Shown: positions 1-14,842, counted from the stretch's first letter. The stretch is 64,000 nucleotides of DNA from Escherichia coli 042 (GCF_000027125.1 NC_017626.1); one strand, 5' to 3'. Numbers and translations: made by a program. Notes: generated by a model not told the origin, from the letters alone.

Positions 1-159
1 ACCAGACTTAGCGCCTTTCCCAGTGGGCGTAATTGTTACAGACAGTCTGGACATGGACAGCGCGGAGAAACCGGAGCGTACATGTCGTACGTGAGGATTT
101 CGAGCACTGCCCAGGGCCAAACTGGCAAATAAAATAGCCTGATGGGATAGGCTGTTAGC
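1..159 (-). CDS. Partial ORF downstream of glrK running off the window edge; expected gene here is yfhG/qseG but frame and start are unresolved
   Basis: Hand translation of the minus strand: one frame is open across 1-159 and upstream into glrK; another frame has an ATG overlapping the glrK stop (TAATG) but gives only a 47-aa ORF. Not in ORF track. Confidence 0.3.
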
Positions 160-160
160 A

Positions 161-1588
161 TTATTTCGTGTTTTTCGACGACGGCAATTCAATGCGGAAG
201 CAAACGTCTTGCCCGCTCTCGTCGACCAGATACAGTTCCCCTTGCATACGGCGAATACAATCCCTGGCAATGCTTAATCCCAGACCGCTGCCCTTCACCG
301 CCCCTTTTCGCTGGTGGCTTCCCTGAAAAAAGGGTTCAAAGATCATGGCGCGTTCCTCTTGCGGAATGGGTGTGCCTGTATTGATGACATCAATATAAAC
401 CCGCGCGCCATGTAAACTGCTGCGAAGGCAAATGTTACCGGATTCAGTCCCGTAGTGCACAGCATTGGAGTAAAGATTATCCAGTACGCTCATCAGCAGC
501 ATTGGCTCCGCCAGGCAAGCTGTTGCTTGGAGATCGACGTCGGTATGCATCATTTTAGCCCGTGCGGGCAGGCTATGAGCAGAAACTACTGTCTCCACCA
601 GCGGTGCTAATTCAACATTCTCCAGTTCCACCGCACTGTCCGCCTGTTTACGGTTGTAATCAAGCAGTTGTTCGATCAGTTTTTGCAAATTGCGGCTGCT
701 GCTATCGAGGATGCTCACCACCTCTTTTTGCTCTGGCGTAAGCGGCCCGACAACCTGGTCAGCCAGTAATTCAGTGCCCTCGCGCATACTTGCCAGCGGC
801 GTTTTTAATTCATGAGATAAATGTCTTAAGAATTGATGACGTTGGGATTCCAGCCATGACAGGCGCTCACTTAACCAAAGAATACGTTGCCCAACCGAGC
901 GTAACTCGCTCGGTCCACTGAACGAGACACTATTGCCCAGAGAACGCCCTTCCCCCAGCCGGTTGATCATGCGCTCGATATTTTTCACCGGACCGATAAT
1001 CATCCTCGTGAAAAGTAGCACCATCACCAGACTCACCAGAAATAACACCAGCGATTGCCAACCAAAATATTGCCCACGTTCGGCGATTTCACGCTGAAGT
1101 TGCTGCCCACGAGAGAACACCACTGTGCGCGTGGCCTGCACCATTTCGGTATTGGCACTGGCAAAGGCTTCAAGACGCGCGGCGGCGGCGGCATCGGGAC
1201 CACTGTTGTTACACTGAAGTTGGGCCAGATTGTTCAAGTCCTGACGCAATGCCTGGTAAAGTTTATCGTCTGGCAGTACGCCTGCGTGGGCATCGAGCAT
1301 TTCGCTGTAACGCTTGCGCTGGCTTTGATAAACCTTCGCAAGCGTAGGGTCGTCCAGCACGCAATACTGACGGTAGCTACGCTCCATCTCCAGTGCCGCG
1401 TTGGTCATCGCTTCACTACGCCGGGCATCAATAAGCGTAGTGCGGTTAACCAGCGCCGCCTGATCGCTAAGTGCATTCAGGCTTTGCCAGGCTTGCCATG
1501 CCAGCACCAACAGGGGTAGCAGAATCAGCAAAAATGCCAGCATTACCAGTTGTCGTAATGAGCGGGGAAAAACGGGCCAGCGTTTCAA
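161..1588 (-). CDS. glrK: Sensor histidine kinase GlrK (QseE)
   Basis: ORF 161..1651 translation recognised (transmembrane N-terminus, HELKTPLASM H-box, ATPase domain). Start trimmed to TTG at 1588 (..TLKRWPVF..), giving 475 aa. Confidence 0.85.
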   Translation of the reverse strand: MKRWPVFPRSLRQLVMLAFLLILLPLLVLAWQAWQSLNALSDQAALVNRTTLIDARRSEAMTNAALEMERSYRQYCVLDDPTLAKVYQSQRKRYSEMLDAHAGVLPDDKLYQALRQDLNNLAQLQCNNSGPDAAAAARLEAFASANTEMVQATRTVVFSRGQQLQREIAERGQYFGWQSLVLFLVSLVMVLLFTRMIIGPVKNIERMINRLGEGRSLGNSVSFSGPSELRSVGQRILWLSERLSWLESQRHQFLRHLSHELKTPLASMREGTELLADQVVGPLTPEQKEVVSILDSSSRNLQKLIEQLLDYNRKQADSAVELENVELAPLVETVVSAHSLPARAKMMHTDVDLQATACLAEPMLLMSVLDNLYSNAVHYGTESGNICLRSSLHGARVYIDVINTGTPIPQEERAMIFEPFFQGSHQRKGAVKGSGLGLSIARDCIRRMQGELYLVDESGQDVCFRIELPSSKNTK

Positions 1589-2066
1589 GGTGTTACTCTC
1601 GTCAGACGCGAATAGCCTGATGCTAACCGAGGGGAAGTTCAGATACAACAAAGCCGGGAATTACCCGGCTTTGTTATGGAATAAGGCGGTGCCTAACTCG
1701 ACGTTTCGCCCGATGGTTGATATAGCTACGCTGATATCAGAAGTTGGACGGCAGGCACCTTGTTGTGCGTCATTCGAATTTTATGTAGCACGTCCCGAAG
1801 GGGCTGACATAAGTCGGTGAATGAGCCACTGGTTACTATTATGCAGTAACTGTGCCAATAAAGAAAATAGTTTGGTAACGTACTGATTATACGCCGCTTT
1901 GAGGGATTTATGGCTTCTTCGCTATTTGAATGTAAATCAGCCACTGTGTCGCTAAAAAGAGACAACTTAAGATAAACTTATTAGATAATATTAAAATCAA
2001 TAAGTTAAATGTCGCCAGAAAGCGACACGGCACACCACCCATTGTCGTGATTTACAGACACAAAAA

Positions 2067-2088
2067 AGCTCCCGAAGTTGGGAGCTTA
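2067..2088 (-). terminator. Rho-independent terminator downstream of purL
   Basis: GC hairpin aagctccc-gaagtt-gggagctt followed by a T-run on the minus strand. Confidence 0.6.
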
Positions 2089-2109
2089 TAATAGCGGTTG
2101 GTGCTTAAT

Positions 2110-2139
2110 GCCGGATGCGGCGTGAATGCCTCATCCGGG
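2110..2139. repeat. REP / palindromic unit
   Basis: gccggatgcggcgtgaatgcctcatccggg matches the enterobacterial REP consensus; lies just 3' of purL. Confidence 0.7.
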
Positions 2140-2163
2140 CTGCAAAACCAATGGGCTGACGAC

Positions 2164-5100
2164 TTACCCCAACTGCTTACGCGCATTGCGGAAAATGCGC
2201 ATCCATGGGCCATCCTCGCCCCAGTTTTCCGGATGCCAGGAGTTGCTGACAGTACGGAAAACACGTTCCGGGTGCGGCATCATAATGGTGACTCGACCAC
2301 TTTCAGTCGTGACTGCCGTAATACCATTCGGAGAACCGTTCGGGTTAGCCGGGTAGGTTTCAGTGACTTTGCCGAAGTTATCGACATAGCGCAGTGCCAC
2401 CAGCCCTTTGCTTTCCAGTGCCGCCAGATGCGCCGCATCACGCACTTCCACGCGCCCTTCACCATGAGATACAGCAATCGGCATTTGCGAGCCCACCATC
2501 CCCTGCAACAGCAGAGACGGGCTTTGGGTTACTTCAACCAGGCTGAAACGCGCTTCAAAGCGATCGGAGGTATTGCGCACAAAACGTGGCCACAACTCAC
2601 TACCTGGGATCAGTTCGCGCAGATTAGACATCATCTGGCAACCGTTACATACCCCCAGCGCCAGCGTTTGCGGACGGTGGAAGAAGGTTGCAAACTCATC
2701 GCGTACACGGTCATTGAACAGGATAGACTTCGCCCAACCTTCACCGGCACCCAGCACATCACCGTAGGAGAAACCACCGCACGCGACCAGGGCGTGGAAA
2801 TCCTCCAGGCCCGTGCGTCCAGCCAGCAGGTCACTCATATGCACATCGATTGCATCGAAGCCTGCACGGTGGAAAGCAGCCGCCATTTCAACATGCGAGT
2901 TCACGCCCTGCTCACGCAGTACGGCAACTTTCGGACGTGCGCCAGTAGCAATATACGGTGCTGCCACATCTTCGTTGATATCGAACGACAGTTTCACATT
3001 CAGGCCCGGATCGGCGTCGTTGGATTTCGCCTGATGTTCCTGATCGGCACATTCAGGGTTGTCACGCAGGCGCTGCATCTGCCAGGTAGTTTCTGCCCAC
3101 CAGACACGCAACGTGGTGCGGCTTTCGCTGAATACAGTCTGCCCGTTGGCGGTAATCACAAAACGGTCACCGGAAACCGCCTGGCCAACATAATGGACGC
3201 AATCAGCAAGGCCATGCAGTGCCAGTACCGCTTCAACTGCTTTACGGTCAGCGGCTCGAACCTGAATCACCGCACCCAGTTCTTCGTTAAACAACGCCGC
3301 CAGGCGATCGTCACCCAGAGTGGCGATATCCGCGTCAATGCCGCAATGACCAGCAAAGGCCATTTCCGCCAGCGTTACCAGCAGGCCGCCATCAGAGCGG
3401 TCGTGGTACGCGAGCAGCTTACGCTGTGCTACCAGCGCCTGAACCGCGTCATAGAAACCTTTCAGTTGCGCGACGTCGCGTACATCTGCCGGTTTGTCGC
3501 CAAGCTGACGATAAACCTGCGCCAGCGCCGTTGCGCCCAGCGCGTTATTGCCTTTGCCCAGATCAATCAGCAGTAATGCGTTATCTTCGGTAGAAAGCTG
3601 CGGCGTGATGGTGTGACGCACATCTTCCACACGGGCAAATGCAGAAATCACCAGCGACAGCGGCGACGTCATTTCGCGCTCTTCGTTACCTTCCTGCCAG
3701 CGGGTTTTCATCGACATAGAGTCTTTACCCACCGGGATCGTCAGGCCCAGCGCCGGACAAAGTTCTTCGCCCACAGCTTTAACGGCTTCATACAGGCCCG
3801 CATCTTCACCAGGGTGGCCTGCCGCCGCCATCCAGTTGGCGGAAAGTTTAATGCGTTTGATATCGCCAATCTGTGTTGCGGCAATATTGGTTAACGCTTC
3901 ACCGACCGCCAGACGGGCAGAGGCGGCGAAATCCAGCAGCGCAACCGGCGCACGCTCGCCAATCGCCATCGCTTCACCATAGTAGCTGTCAAGGCTGGCG
4001 GTAGTGACCGCGCAGTTAGCGACCGGCACCTGCCACGGACCCACCATCTGATCGCGCGCTACCATGCCGGTTACGCTGCGGTCACCAATGGTCACCAGGA
4101 AAGTTTTCTCCGCCACGGTCGGCAGGTGCAGCACGCGTTTCACCGCGTCAGCAATGGTAATCCCTTCACGAACCAGCGCATCACCCTTCGCTTTCAGCGT
4201 TTGTACTTCGCGGGTCATCTTCGGCGTTTTACCAAGCAGTACGTCCAGCGGCAGATCGATCGGCTGATTATCAAAATGACGATCGTGCAAAGAAAGATGC
4301 AGTTCTTCGGTCGCTTCACCAATCACCGCGTATGGCGCGCGCTCACGCTTACACAGTTCGTCAAACAGCGGTAACTGATCGGCAGCAACCGCCAGCACGT
4401 AGCGTTCCTGGGATTCGTTACACCAGATTTCCAGCGGGCTCATGCCCGGTTCGTCGCTCAGGATATCGCGCAGTTCGAATTTACCGCCGCGCCCGCCGTC
4501 GCTCACCAGTTCCGGCATGGCGTTAGAAAGACCGCCTGCGCCAACGTCGTGGATAAACAGGATTGGGTTGGCATCACCAAGCTGCCAGCAACGGTCGATC
4601 ACTTCCTGGCAGCGACGCTCCATCTCCGGGTTGTCGCGCTGTACGGAAGCGAAGTCGAGGTCGGCATCAGACTGACCAGACGCCATGGAAGACGCCGCGC
4701 CGCCGCCAAGACCGATGTTCATTGCCGGGCCGCCGAGAACGACCAGCTTCGCACCAACGTTGATCTCGCCTTTTTGTACGTGATCGGCACGAATATTGCC
4801 GATCCCGCCCGCCAGCATGATCGGTTTGTGATAACCGCGCAGCTCTTCGCCATTGTGGCTGTTCACTTTTTCTTCATAAGTACGGAAGTAGCCGTTCAGT
4901 GCCGGACGACCAAATTCGTTGTTAAATGCCGCGCCGCCCAGCGGGCCTTCGGTCATGATGTCCAGCGCGGTGACAATGCGCTCAGGCTTACCGAAATCTT
5001 CTTCCCACGGCTGTTCGAAGCCTGGAATTCGCAGGTTGGAAACGGAGAAACCTACCAGACCAGCTTTCGGCTTTGCGCCACGCCCGGTGGCACCTTCATC

Positions 5101-6051
5101 GCGGATTTCACCGCCGGAACCGGTCGCCGCGCCCGGCCACGGAGAAATCGCCGTCGGGTGGTTGTGAGTTTCGACTTTCATCAGAATATGCGCCGGTTCC
5201 TGATGGAAATCGTAGCGGCCCGTTTCGTGGTCAGCAAAGTAGCGGCCCACTTCAGACCCTTCCATGACGGCGGCGTTATCTTTATAAGCAGAGAGAACGT
5301 GATCCGGCGTAGTTTCGAAGGTATTTTTGATCATCTTGAACAGCGATTTCGGCTGCTGTTCACCGTCGATAATCCAGTCGGCGTTAAAAATTTTGTGGCG
5401 GCAGTGCTCAGAGTTCGCCTGAGCGAACATATACAGCTCGATGTCGTTCGGGTTACGACCAAGCTTTGTGAAAGCATCCTGCAGATAGTCGATTTCATCT
5501 TCCGCCAGTGCCAGGCCAAGACGCAGGTTAGCGTCGATTAGCGCCTGACGGCCCTGTCCCAGCAAATCAACGCTGGTGACCGGAGTCGGTTGATGGTGTG
5601 CAAACAGCTGCTCTGCATCATCTAAAGCAAAAAAGACCGTTTCCATCATGCGGTCGTGCAGTACAGCGGTAACTTGCTGCCATTGTTCATTGGTCAGCGT
5701 ACCGGCTTCTATATAGTAAGCCACGCCGCGCTCAAGACGGTTTACCTGTTGCAGCCCGCAGTTATGGGCAATATCGGTCGCTTTCGAAGACCAGGGAGAG
5801 ATGGTGCCAGGACGCGGGGTCACCAGCAGGAGTTTGCCTTGCGGGGCGTGGCTGGCGAGTGCCGGGCCATATTTCAGCAGGCGTTCAAGTTGTGCGTGCT
5901 CATCATCGTTTAACGGCGCATTGAGGTCAGCAAAATGGACATACTCGGCGTAAATAGTGTGAACCGGGAGCCTGGCAGCCTGAAAACGTGCCAGCAGTTT
6001 GTTGATTCGGAATGCCGACAATGCAGGCGAACCACGCAGAATTTCCATCAT
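2164..6051 (-). CDS. purL: Phosphoribosylformylglycinamidine synthase
   Basis: ORF 2164..6159 translation is PurL (FGAM synthetase with C-terminal glutamine amidotransferase). Start trimmed to ATG at 6051 ([14 protein letters not shown]), 1295 aa. Confidence 0.95.
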   Translation of the reverse strand: MMEILRGSPALSAFRINKLLARFQAARLPVHTIYAEYVHFADLNAPLNDDEHAQLERLLKYGPALASHAPQGKLLLVTPRPGTISPWSSKATDIAHNCGLQQVNRLERGVAYYIEAGTLTNEQWQQVTAVLHDRMMETVFFALDDAEQLFAHHQPTPVTSVDLLGQGRQALIDANLRLGLALAEDEIDYLQDAFTKLGRNPNDIELYMFAQANSEHCRHKIFNADWIIDGEQQPKSLFKMIKNTFETTPDHVLSAYKDNAAVMEGSEVGRYFADHETGRYDFHQEPAHILMKVETHNHPTAISPWPGAATGSGGEIRDEGATGRGAKPKAGLVGFSVSNLRIPGFEQPWEEDFGKPERIVTALDIMTEGPLGGAAFNNEFGRPALNGYFRTYEEKVNSHNGEELRGYHKPIMLAGGIGNIRADHVQKGEINVGAKLVVLGGPAMNIGLGGGAASSMASGQSDADLDFASVQRDNPEMERRCQEVIDRCWQLGDANPILFIHDVGAGGLSNAMPELVSDGGRGGKFELRDILSDEPGMSPLEIWCNESQERYVLAVAADQLPLFDELCKRERAPYAVIGEATEELHLSLHDRHFDNQPIDLPLDVLLGKTPKMTREVQTLKAKGDALVREGITIADAVKRVLHLPTVAEKTFLVTIGDRSVTGMVARDQMVGPWQVPVANCAVTTASLDSYYGEAMAIGERAPVALLDFAASARLAVGEALTNIAATQIGDIKRIKLSANWMAAAGHPGEDAGLYEAVKAVGEELCPALGLTIPVGKDSMSMKTRWQEGNEEREMTSPLSLVISAFARVEDVRHTITPQLSTEDNALLLIDLGKGNNALGATALAQVYRQLGDKPADVRDVAQLKGFYDAVQALVAQRKLLAYHDRSDGGLLVTLAEMAFAGHCGIDADIATLGDDRLAALFNEELGAVIQVRAADRKAVEAVLALHGLADCVHYVGQAVSGDRFVITANGQTVFSESRTTLRVWWAETTWQMQRLRDNPECADQEHQAKSNDADPGLNVKLSFDINEDVAAPYIATGARPKVAVLREQGVNSHVEMAAAFHRAGFDAIDVHMSDLLAGRTGLEDFHALVACGGFSYGDVLGAGEGWAKSILFNDRVRDEFATFFHRPQTLALGVCNGCQMMSNLRELIPGSELWPRFVRNTSDRFEARFSLVEVTQSPSLLLQGMVGSQMPIAVSHGEGRVEVRDAAHLAALESKGLVALRYVDNFGKVTETYPANPNGSPNGITAVTTESGRVTIMMPHPERVFRTVSNSWHPENWGEDGPWMRIFRNARKQLG

Positions 6052-6126
6052 AAGTCTCTCGTCTTCTAAGCTTTCGGTGTACCCAAGGGGGGAAACGGGC
6101 GTCATTATAAAGAATCTGATGCGCTG

Positions 6127-6142
6127 ACGAAACCGTTTGCGT
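6127..6142. promoter_or_regulatory. Candidate PurR operator upstream of purL
   Basis: acgaaaccgtttgcgt is a 16-bp near-palindrome resembling the PurR box, about 80 bp upstream of the purL ATG. Confidence 0.5.
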
Positions 6143-6307
6143 GGAAATAAAATCACCATCGCGAATTAGCAACGCGTGCCGCCAATGGCTGTAATAAGTT
6201 GCCAACTGGCGCAGGTTTACGCAAAATGCCGCTCATTTATGAGTAAACCTTTCACTATTATTACGTTTTTTCAAGCTGGGACGCGCACGACACAGAGAAT
6301 TAACTAA

Positions 6308-8409
<2,102 letters not shown>

Positions 8410-8421
8410 CTATGCTTTACT

Positions 8422-9057
8422 CTATTCCAGTTGCTGGAGTTCACCGCGCGGGGTTACCCGCCAACGATGCTGGCAGAAATAAAGCAGCGGGTTGTCCTGA
8501 TTACTGTCGCTATAGCCACTGTACAGCCGCAGCGGCGTGCCGATTTTGCGCTCCAGTTGCGCGACCTTTTCATGTCCCAGACAACGCATCGTCAACACCC
8601 AACCACCATAGCCACGCTGAATTTGGCTGGCGATAAGATTAACCCGCGGCAGCCAGGGCGTATCGAAATAAACCGCTTCAACCAGCGGCTGCGGAGAGCC
8701 GGTAATCAACCAGATATCAGCATCGGAACTTAACAGGTAGGTGGTTAATCGCTCCTGAACCAGCGGAAAGGCGGTAACATTGTCACGAAACCAGCGTACG
8801 AAATCGGCCTGCAACGTCTGTAAACGTGCTTCATTGTGACCAAAAGTGCACCCCCACAGAAGCAGACTCATCGGCCAGCGTGCCGCACGACCTTTTATCA
8901 ATAACGCAATGGCAATGATCGGCAACAGCGGCAGGACAAGTAACGCATTCAGCGGTTGGCGATGCAGTAAATAACGCAAAAAACTGCCGAACATATCCTG
9001 CTGATGCAATGTTCCATCTAAGTCAAAAAACACCACACGACGCTCGTGAGTTGCCAA
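8422..9057 (-). CDS. pgpC: Phosphatidylglycerophosphatase C (HAD family)
   Basis: 211-aa ORF with HAD motif FFDLDGTL. Confidence 0.88.
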   Translation of the reverse strand: MATHERRVVFFDLDGTLHQQDMFGSFLRYLLHRQPLNALLVLPLLPIIAIALLIKGRAARWPMSLLLWGCTFGHNEARLQTLQADFVRWFRDNVTAFPLVQERLTTYLLSSDADIWLITGSPQPLVEAVYFDTPWLPRVNLIASQIQRGYGGWVLTMRCLGHEKVAQLERKIGTPLRLYSGYSDSNQDNPLLYFCQHRWRVTPRGELQQLE

Positions 9058-9265
9058 ACCATACTCCTCTGGACTGAAACATCCTGATTAATTTTCGCTA
9101 CTACATAGCCTAACAGATAGATCATCACTTTTCCGGCAACAATCGACCACATCATGGCTAACTGGAATTTTTAATTCATGGCAATTAGCGGCAATGGAAT
9201 ATAAAATTCACGCGCGTGTGTCTCATATTGCCTGTTGTCGCCACTATTTCATCGCGAGGAAAGAT

Positions 9266-10114
9266 ATGAACGGCTTACTTCGTATCCGTCAGCGTTACCA
9301 GGGGCTTGCCCAGAGTGATAAAAAACTGGCGGATTATCTGCTGCTACAACCTGATACGGCGCGCCATTTAAGCTCTCAGCAACTGGCCAACGAAGCCGGA
9401 GTCAGTCAGTCCAGCGTCGTGAAGTTTGCGCAAAAACTCGGCTATAAAGGTTTTCCGGCACTTAAGTTGGCGTTGAGTGAAGCGCTGGCAAGCCAGCCGG
9501 AATCTCCCTCCGTGCCCATTCATAACCAAATCCGCGGTGATGATCCGTTACGGCTGGTCGGCGAAAAACTGATTAAAGAAAATACTGCCGCCATGTACGC
9601 AACGCTAAACGTTAATAGTGAAGAGAAGCTGCATGAGTGCGTGGCAATGTTGCGCTCTGCACGGCGGATAATTCTGACCGGTATTGGCGCTTCGGGTCTG
9701 GTGGCGCAAAACTTTGCCTGGAAGCTGATGAAGATTGGCTTCAATGCTGCCGCAGTGCGCGATATGCATGCGCTACTCGCTACAGTACAGGCGTCTTCCC
9801 CTGACGATCTGTTATTAGCCATTTCCTACACCGGTGTACGACGCGAGTTAAACCTGGCGGCAGATGAGATGCTGCGAGTGGGCGGAAAAGTGCTGGCGAT
9901 TACCGGCTTTACTCCCAATGCCCTGCAACAGCGTGCTTCTCATTGCCTATATACCATTGCCGAAGAACAAGCGACAAACAGTGCTTCAATCTCTGCTTGC
10001 CACGCGCAGGGAATGTTAACGGATTTGCTGTTCATTGCGCTGATTCAGCAGGATCTGGAACTGGCACCAGAACGTATTCGTCATAGTGAAGCGCTGGTGA
10101 AAAAACTGGTCTGA
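9266..10114 (+). CDS. yfhH: RpiR/SIS-family putative transcriptional regulator YfhH
   Basis: ORF 9194..10114; start trimmed to ATG 9266 with RBS gagg upstream (MNGLLRIRQRY.., 282 aa). Confidence 0.8.
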   Translation: MNGLLRIRQRYQGLAQSDKKLADYLLLQPDTARHLSSQQLANEAGVSQSSVVKFAQKLGYKGFPALKLALSEALASQPESPSVPIHNQIRGDDPLRLVGEKLIKENTAAMYATLNVNSEEKLHECVAMLRSARRIILTGIGASGLVAQNFAWKLMKIGFNAAAVRDMHALLATVQASSPDDLLLAISYTGVRRELNLAADEMLRVGGKVLAITGFTPNALQQRASHCLYTIAEEQATNSASISACHAQGMLTDLLFIALIQQDLELAPERIRHSEALVKKLV

Positions 10115-10133
10115 GTAAAGAATGCGCGTATAA

Positions 10134-10430
<297 letters not shown>

Positions 10431-10573
10431 TATTCTGCTCCTGGAGTAGACTATTGTTGACTTTATAGTGTGAGCCTTCAGGTTCTTATATTTATTTTAG
10501 TGATGTTATCATAAATATCAATTATTTCATGAATGATAACACTATCTGTATAAGCACTTATTTATAATTATTA

Positions 10574-10608
10574 AAGGCGCGCCTGGCTGGTTAACCTGAC
10601 GCGCCTTA
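10574..10608 (-). terminator. Hairpin 3' of shoB (probable shoB mRNA terminator)
   Basis: aaggcgcg ... cgcgcctt inverted repeat followed by an A/T-rich tract on the minus strand. Confidence 0.45.
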
Positions 10609-10624
10609 AGTACGTTTCCTTATG

Positions 10625-10705
10625 TTATAAGAACAGAAGGATCAGCTGTAAAACAGCAATGATGATTTTGATGACCCGTTTAATCAGGTATCGGCAATCA
10701 GTCAT
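10625..10705 (-). CDS. shoB: Type I toxin ShoB (26-aa hydrophobic peptide)
   Basis: Hand translation of the minus strand gives MTDCRYLIKRVIKIIIAVLQLILLFL*, which I recognise as ShoB. Not in ORF track (too short). Confidence 0.85.
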   Translation of the reverse strand: MTDCRYLIKRVIKIIIAVLQLILLFL

Positions 10706-11029
10706 TCGTTTTTCCTTAAACAAGGAATGCAGCCGTTCAGATTAGCCCTTACATCTCCCCAAAACTGAACGTGCGAGTTATTGAGGGTGCATGCTGCACT
10801 CCACACCAGAGCTTTGACGACACCACTCGTTTCAATGGGGGAATTCTGTGGCATGGTATAAAGCACAGCATAATCGCCAATAACGAAGCCAATTTTAATG
10901 TACTTCCGAATTGGCGGTCACGTTAATCTTTCCATCAATATTGTTTTCTTCGTAAAGGCTCGAGTTTTTATGCTAAAGATTACAAGTTGCTTGTAAAAGA
11001 TAACCGCCCTGATCCATAATCGCTCTTGT

Positions 11030-11108
11030 TGAGGGTGCGTGCTGCACAAAATTAAAGTTAAAAAGTAAAACCCCCGTTCCTTACCAGTTCGGGGGTTTTA
11101 CTTTATAA
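11030..11108 (+). ncRNA. ohsC: Candidate OhsC antitoxin sRNA (approximate ends)
   Basis: Plus-strand segment holding the second copy of a 19-nt direct repeat (11039-11057) shared with the shoB 5' region (10781-10799), ending in a hairpin plus T-run; -10-like cataat at 11025-11030. Confidence 0.45.
11081..11108. terminator. Bidirectional terminator (acpS operon / candidate ohsC)
   Basis: cccccg ... cggggg hairpin flanked by an A-run and a T-run. Confidence 0.6.
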
Positions 11109-11124
11109 AGAGAACGGTATTATT

Positions 11125-11505
11125 TTAACTTTCAATAATTACCGTGGCACAAGCATAGTGGCGTTCATCTGCCAGCGTTACATGCATATTTACAACGCCG
11201 AGCTTTTCCGCCAGTTTTAATGCCTCGCCCCACAGTCGCAGCCGTGGCTTACCAAGCTCATCGTTAAATACTTCAAACTGATTAAACGCCAGACCATTGC
11301 GGATCCCGGTGCCAAACGCTTTTGCTGCGGCTTCTTTTACGGCAAAGCGTTTCGCCAGAAAACGCACCGGCTGGTGGTGCGTTTTCCAGATTGCCCATTC
11401 GTTATCGTTTAATACGCGGCGTGCCAGGCGCTCACCGGATCGGGCGATCACCGCTTCAATGCGAGCGATCTCCACAATATCCGTACCTAAACCTAATATT
11501 GCCAT
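11125..11505 (-). CDS. acpS: Holo-[acyl-carrier-protein] synthase
   Basis: 126-aa ORF recognised as AcpS. Confidence 0.93.
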   Translation of the reverse strand: MAILGLGTDIVEIARIEAVIARSGERLARRVLNDNEWAIWKTHHQPVRFLAKRFAVKEAAAKAFGTGIRNGLAFNQFEVFNDELGKPRLRLWGEALKLAEKLGVVNMHVTLADERHYACATVIIES

Positions 11506-12236
11506 TAGCCACGCGCTTCCAGCATCAAACGCTTCATTTCTGCCACCGCATCTTTCAGTCCGGTCATCACTGCACGACCAATAATGGCATGACCGATATT
11601 CAGTTCATGCATCTCAGGGAGGGCGGCAATGGCTTTCACGTTGTGATAGGTCAGACCGTGTCCGGCGTTAACTTTCAGACCGAGACTTGCGGCAAAGGTC
11701 GCGGCTTTGGCGATACGCGCCAGCTCTTGCGCCTGTTCGGCGTCAGTTTTGGCATCAGCATAGCAACCGGTGTGGATCTCGATAAACGGTGCGCCAACCT
11801 CTGCCGAAGCTTTGATCTGCTCTTCATCGGCGTCGATAAACAGAGAAACCTGGATCCCGGCCTCCGCCAGACGTTTGCAGGCATCGCGCATTTTTTCACG
11901 CTGTCCAGCGACGTCCAGGCCGCCTTCGGTTGTTACTTCCTGACGCTTTTCCGGTACCAGGCAGCAAAAATGTGGCTTCGTCTCAACGGCGATCGCCAGC
12001 ATCTCTTCGGTCACCGCCATCTCCAGATTCATGCGGGTATCCAGCGTCTGACGCAGGATGCGCACATCGCGGTCAGTAATGTGGCGGCGATCTTCACGTA
12101 AATGCACGGTAATGCCGTCTGCTCCCGCCTGCTCGGCAATAAACGCCGCCTGCACTGGATCCGGGTAAGCAGTACCGCGTGCGTTACGCAGCGTTGCAAT
12201 ATGGTCAATGTTGACGCCTAACAGTAATTCAGCCAT
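11505..12236 (-). CDS. pdxJ: Pyridoxine 5'-phosphate synthase
   Basis: ORF 11505..12251; start trimmed to [12 protein letters not shown] (243 aa). Confidence 0.93.
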   Translation of the reverse strand: MAELLLGVNIDHIATLRNARGTAYPDPVQAAFIAEQAGADGITVHLREDRRHITDRDVRILRQTLDTRMNLEMAVTEEMLAIAVETKPHFCCLVPEKRQEVTTEGGLDVAGQREKMRDACKRLAEAGIQVSLFIDADEEQIKASAEVGAPFIEIHTGCYADAKTDAEQAQELARIAKAATFAASLGLKVNAGHGLTYHNVKAIAALPEMHELNIGHAIIGRAVMTGLKDAVAEMKRLMLEARG

Positions 12237-12247
12237 GACAATCCTCA

Positions 12248-12976
12248 TCATTCATAATGTGTTTTCACCGTTCGCTTAGGCATAAACTGCCGGAACAGTT
12301 CCCTGCTCTTTAATGGTTTACCGCCAAGATACGGCTTAAGCGCCATGCGGGTAAAGCGTTTCGCGGCGCGTAGTGTGTCTGCGTCAGGAAATTCCCGCGC
12401 GTTTAACGCTTTTAACTGCCTTCCAGTGAACGTTTTATTGTCGATAACGACGCTTGCGATAAACCCTTTTTCTTCGCGATAACGATACGTCATGGTGTCA
12501 TCTACCGGCTCGCCGCTACCCGCACAATGGGTAAAATTGACGCCATAGCCCAGATGCCCGAGCAGTGCCAGTTCAAAGCGGCGCAGCGCGGGTTCTGGCG
12601 TACCAGTGGCACCTGCAAGAGACTGAATGCAGTGCAAGTAATCGAAAAAGAGTTCAGAGAAGCGCGTCTCGTATTCCAGCACGCGGGAAAGAAGTTCGTT
12701 GATGTACAAACCGCTGTAAAGGGTGATACCGCTTAATGGCAGCGCCAGCGAGACAGCTTCGGCACTGCGCAGTGTTTTGACTTCACCACGCCCACCGAAG
12801 CGAAGCAAGAGAGGGGTGAAAGGTTGTAATGCACCTTTCAGAGTAGAGCGTTTAGAGCGTGCGCCTTTGGCAACCAGACGCACGCGACCCGATTCCTCCG
12901 TGAAGACGTCCAGCATCAGGCTCGTTTCGCTCCACGGGCGACTATGCAGGACAAATGCGCGCTGCCAGCCTTCCAT
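12248..12976 (-). CDS. recO: DNA repair protein RecO
   Basis: 242-aa ORF recognised as RecO. Confidence 0.93.
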
Positions 12977-12987
12977 CGGAGTTACTC

Positions 12988-14600
<1,613 letters not shown>

Positions 14601-14602
14601 TC

Positions 14603-14698
14603 AGCACACGAAACAGACCTGATATACATGGCTCTGCTAACTGCTTCGCTGCAGTTTCAGTTTACCGGTATATGGGGACCAACGCTGTTTCGTGTGCC
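14603..14698 (-). promoter_or_regulatory. rnc leader stem-loop (rncO-like RNase III autoregulatory site)
   Basis: 12-bp inverted repeat cacacgaaacag (14605-14616) / ctgtttcgtgtg (14685-14696) in the 5' leader of rnc. Confidence 0.6.
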
Positions 14699-14842
14699 GT
14701 GGCAACCTGGAGGTGCCAACCTTAAACTTCGGGGGAATATTCTATACACAACGACGGGGGATGTCGTTAGCCACGGGAGATTTATCTCATAAATAATTCA
14801 CGTTGTCGCCATAACGGCGACAACGTGAACGAAGATGGGCTA

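Noticed and set aside
2098-3576. 492-aa plus-strand ORF (plus several 60-100-aa ORFs) inside purL
   Set aside because: Lies antisense within the well-supported purL coding sequence; translation is low-complexity and Arg/His-rich, typical of antisense frames in GC-rich genes.
4549-5541. 330-aa plus-strand ORF antisense to purL
   Set aside because: Same reason: antisense shadow ORF within purL; no recognisable domain.
2164-6159. Extended 1331-aa purL ORF starting at 6159
   Set aside because: The recognisable PurL N-terminus ([14 protein letters not shown]) starts at 6051; the upstream extension is just open frame in the promoter region.
11322-12101. 259-aa plus-strand ORF antisense to pdxJ
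   Set aside because: Antisense to the conserved pdxJ coding sequence; Arg-rich, low-complexity translation.
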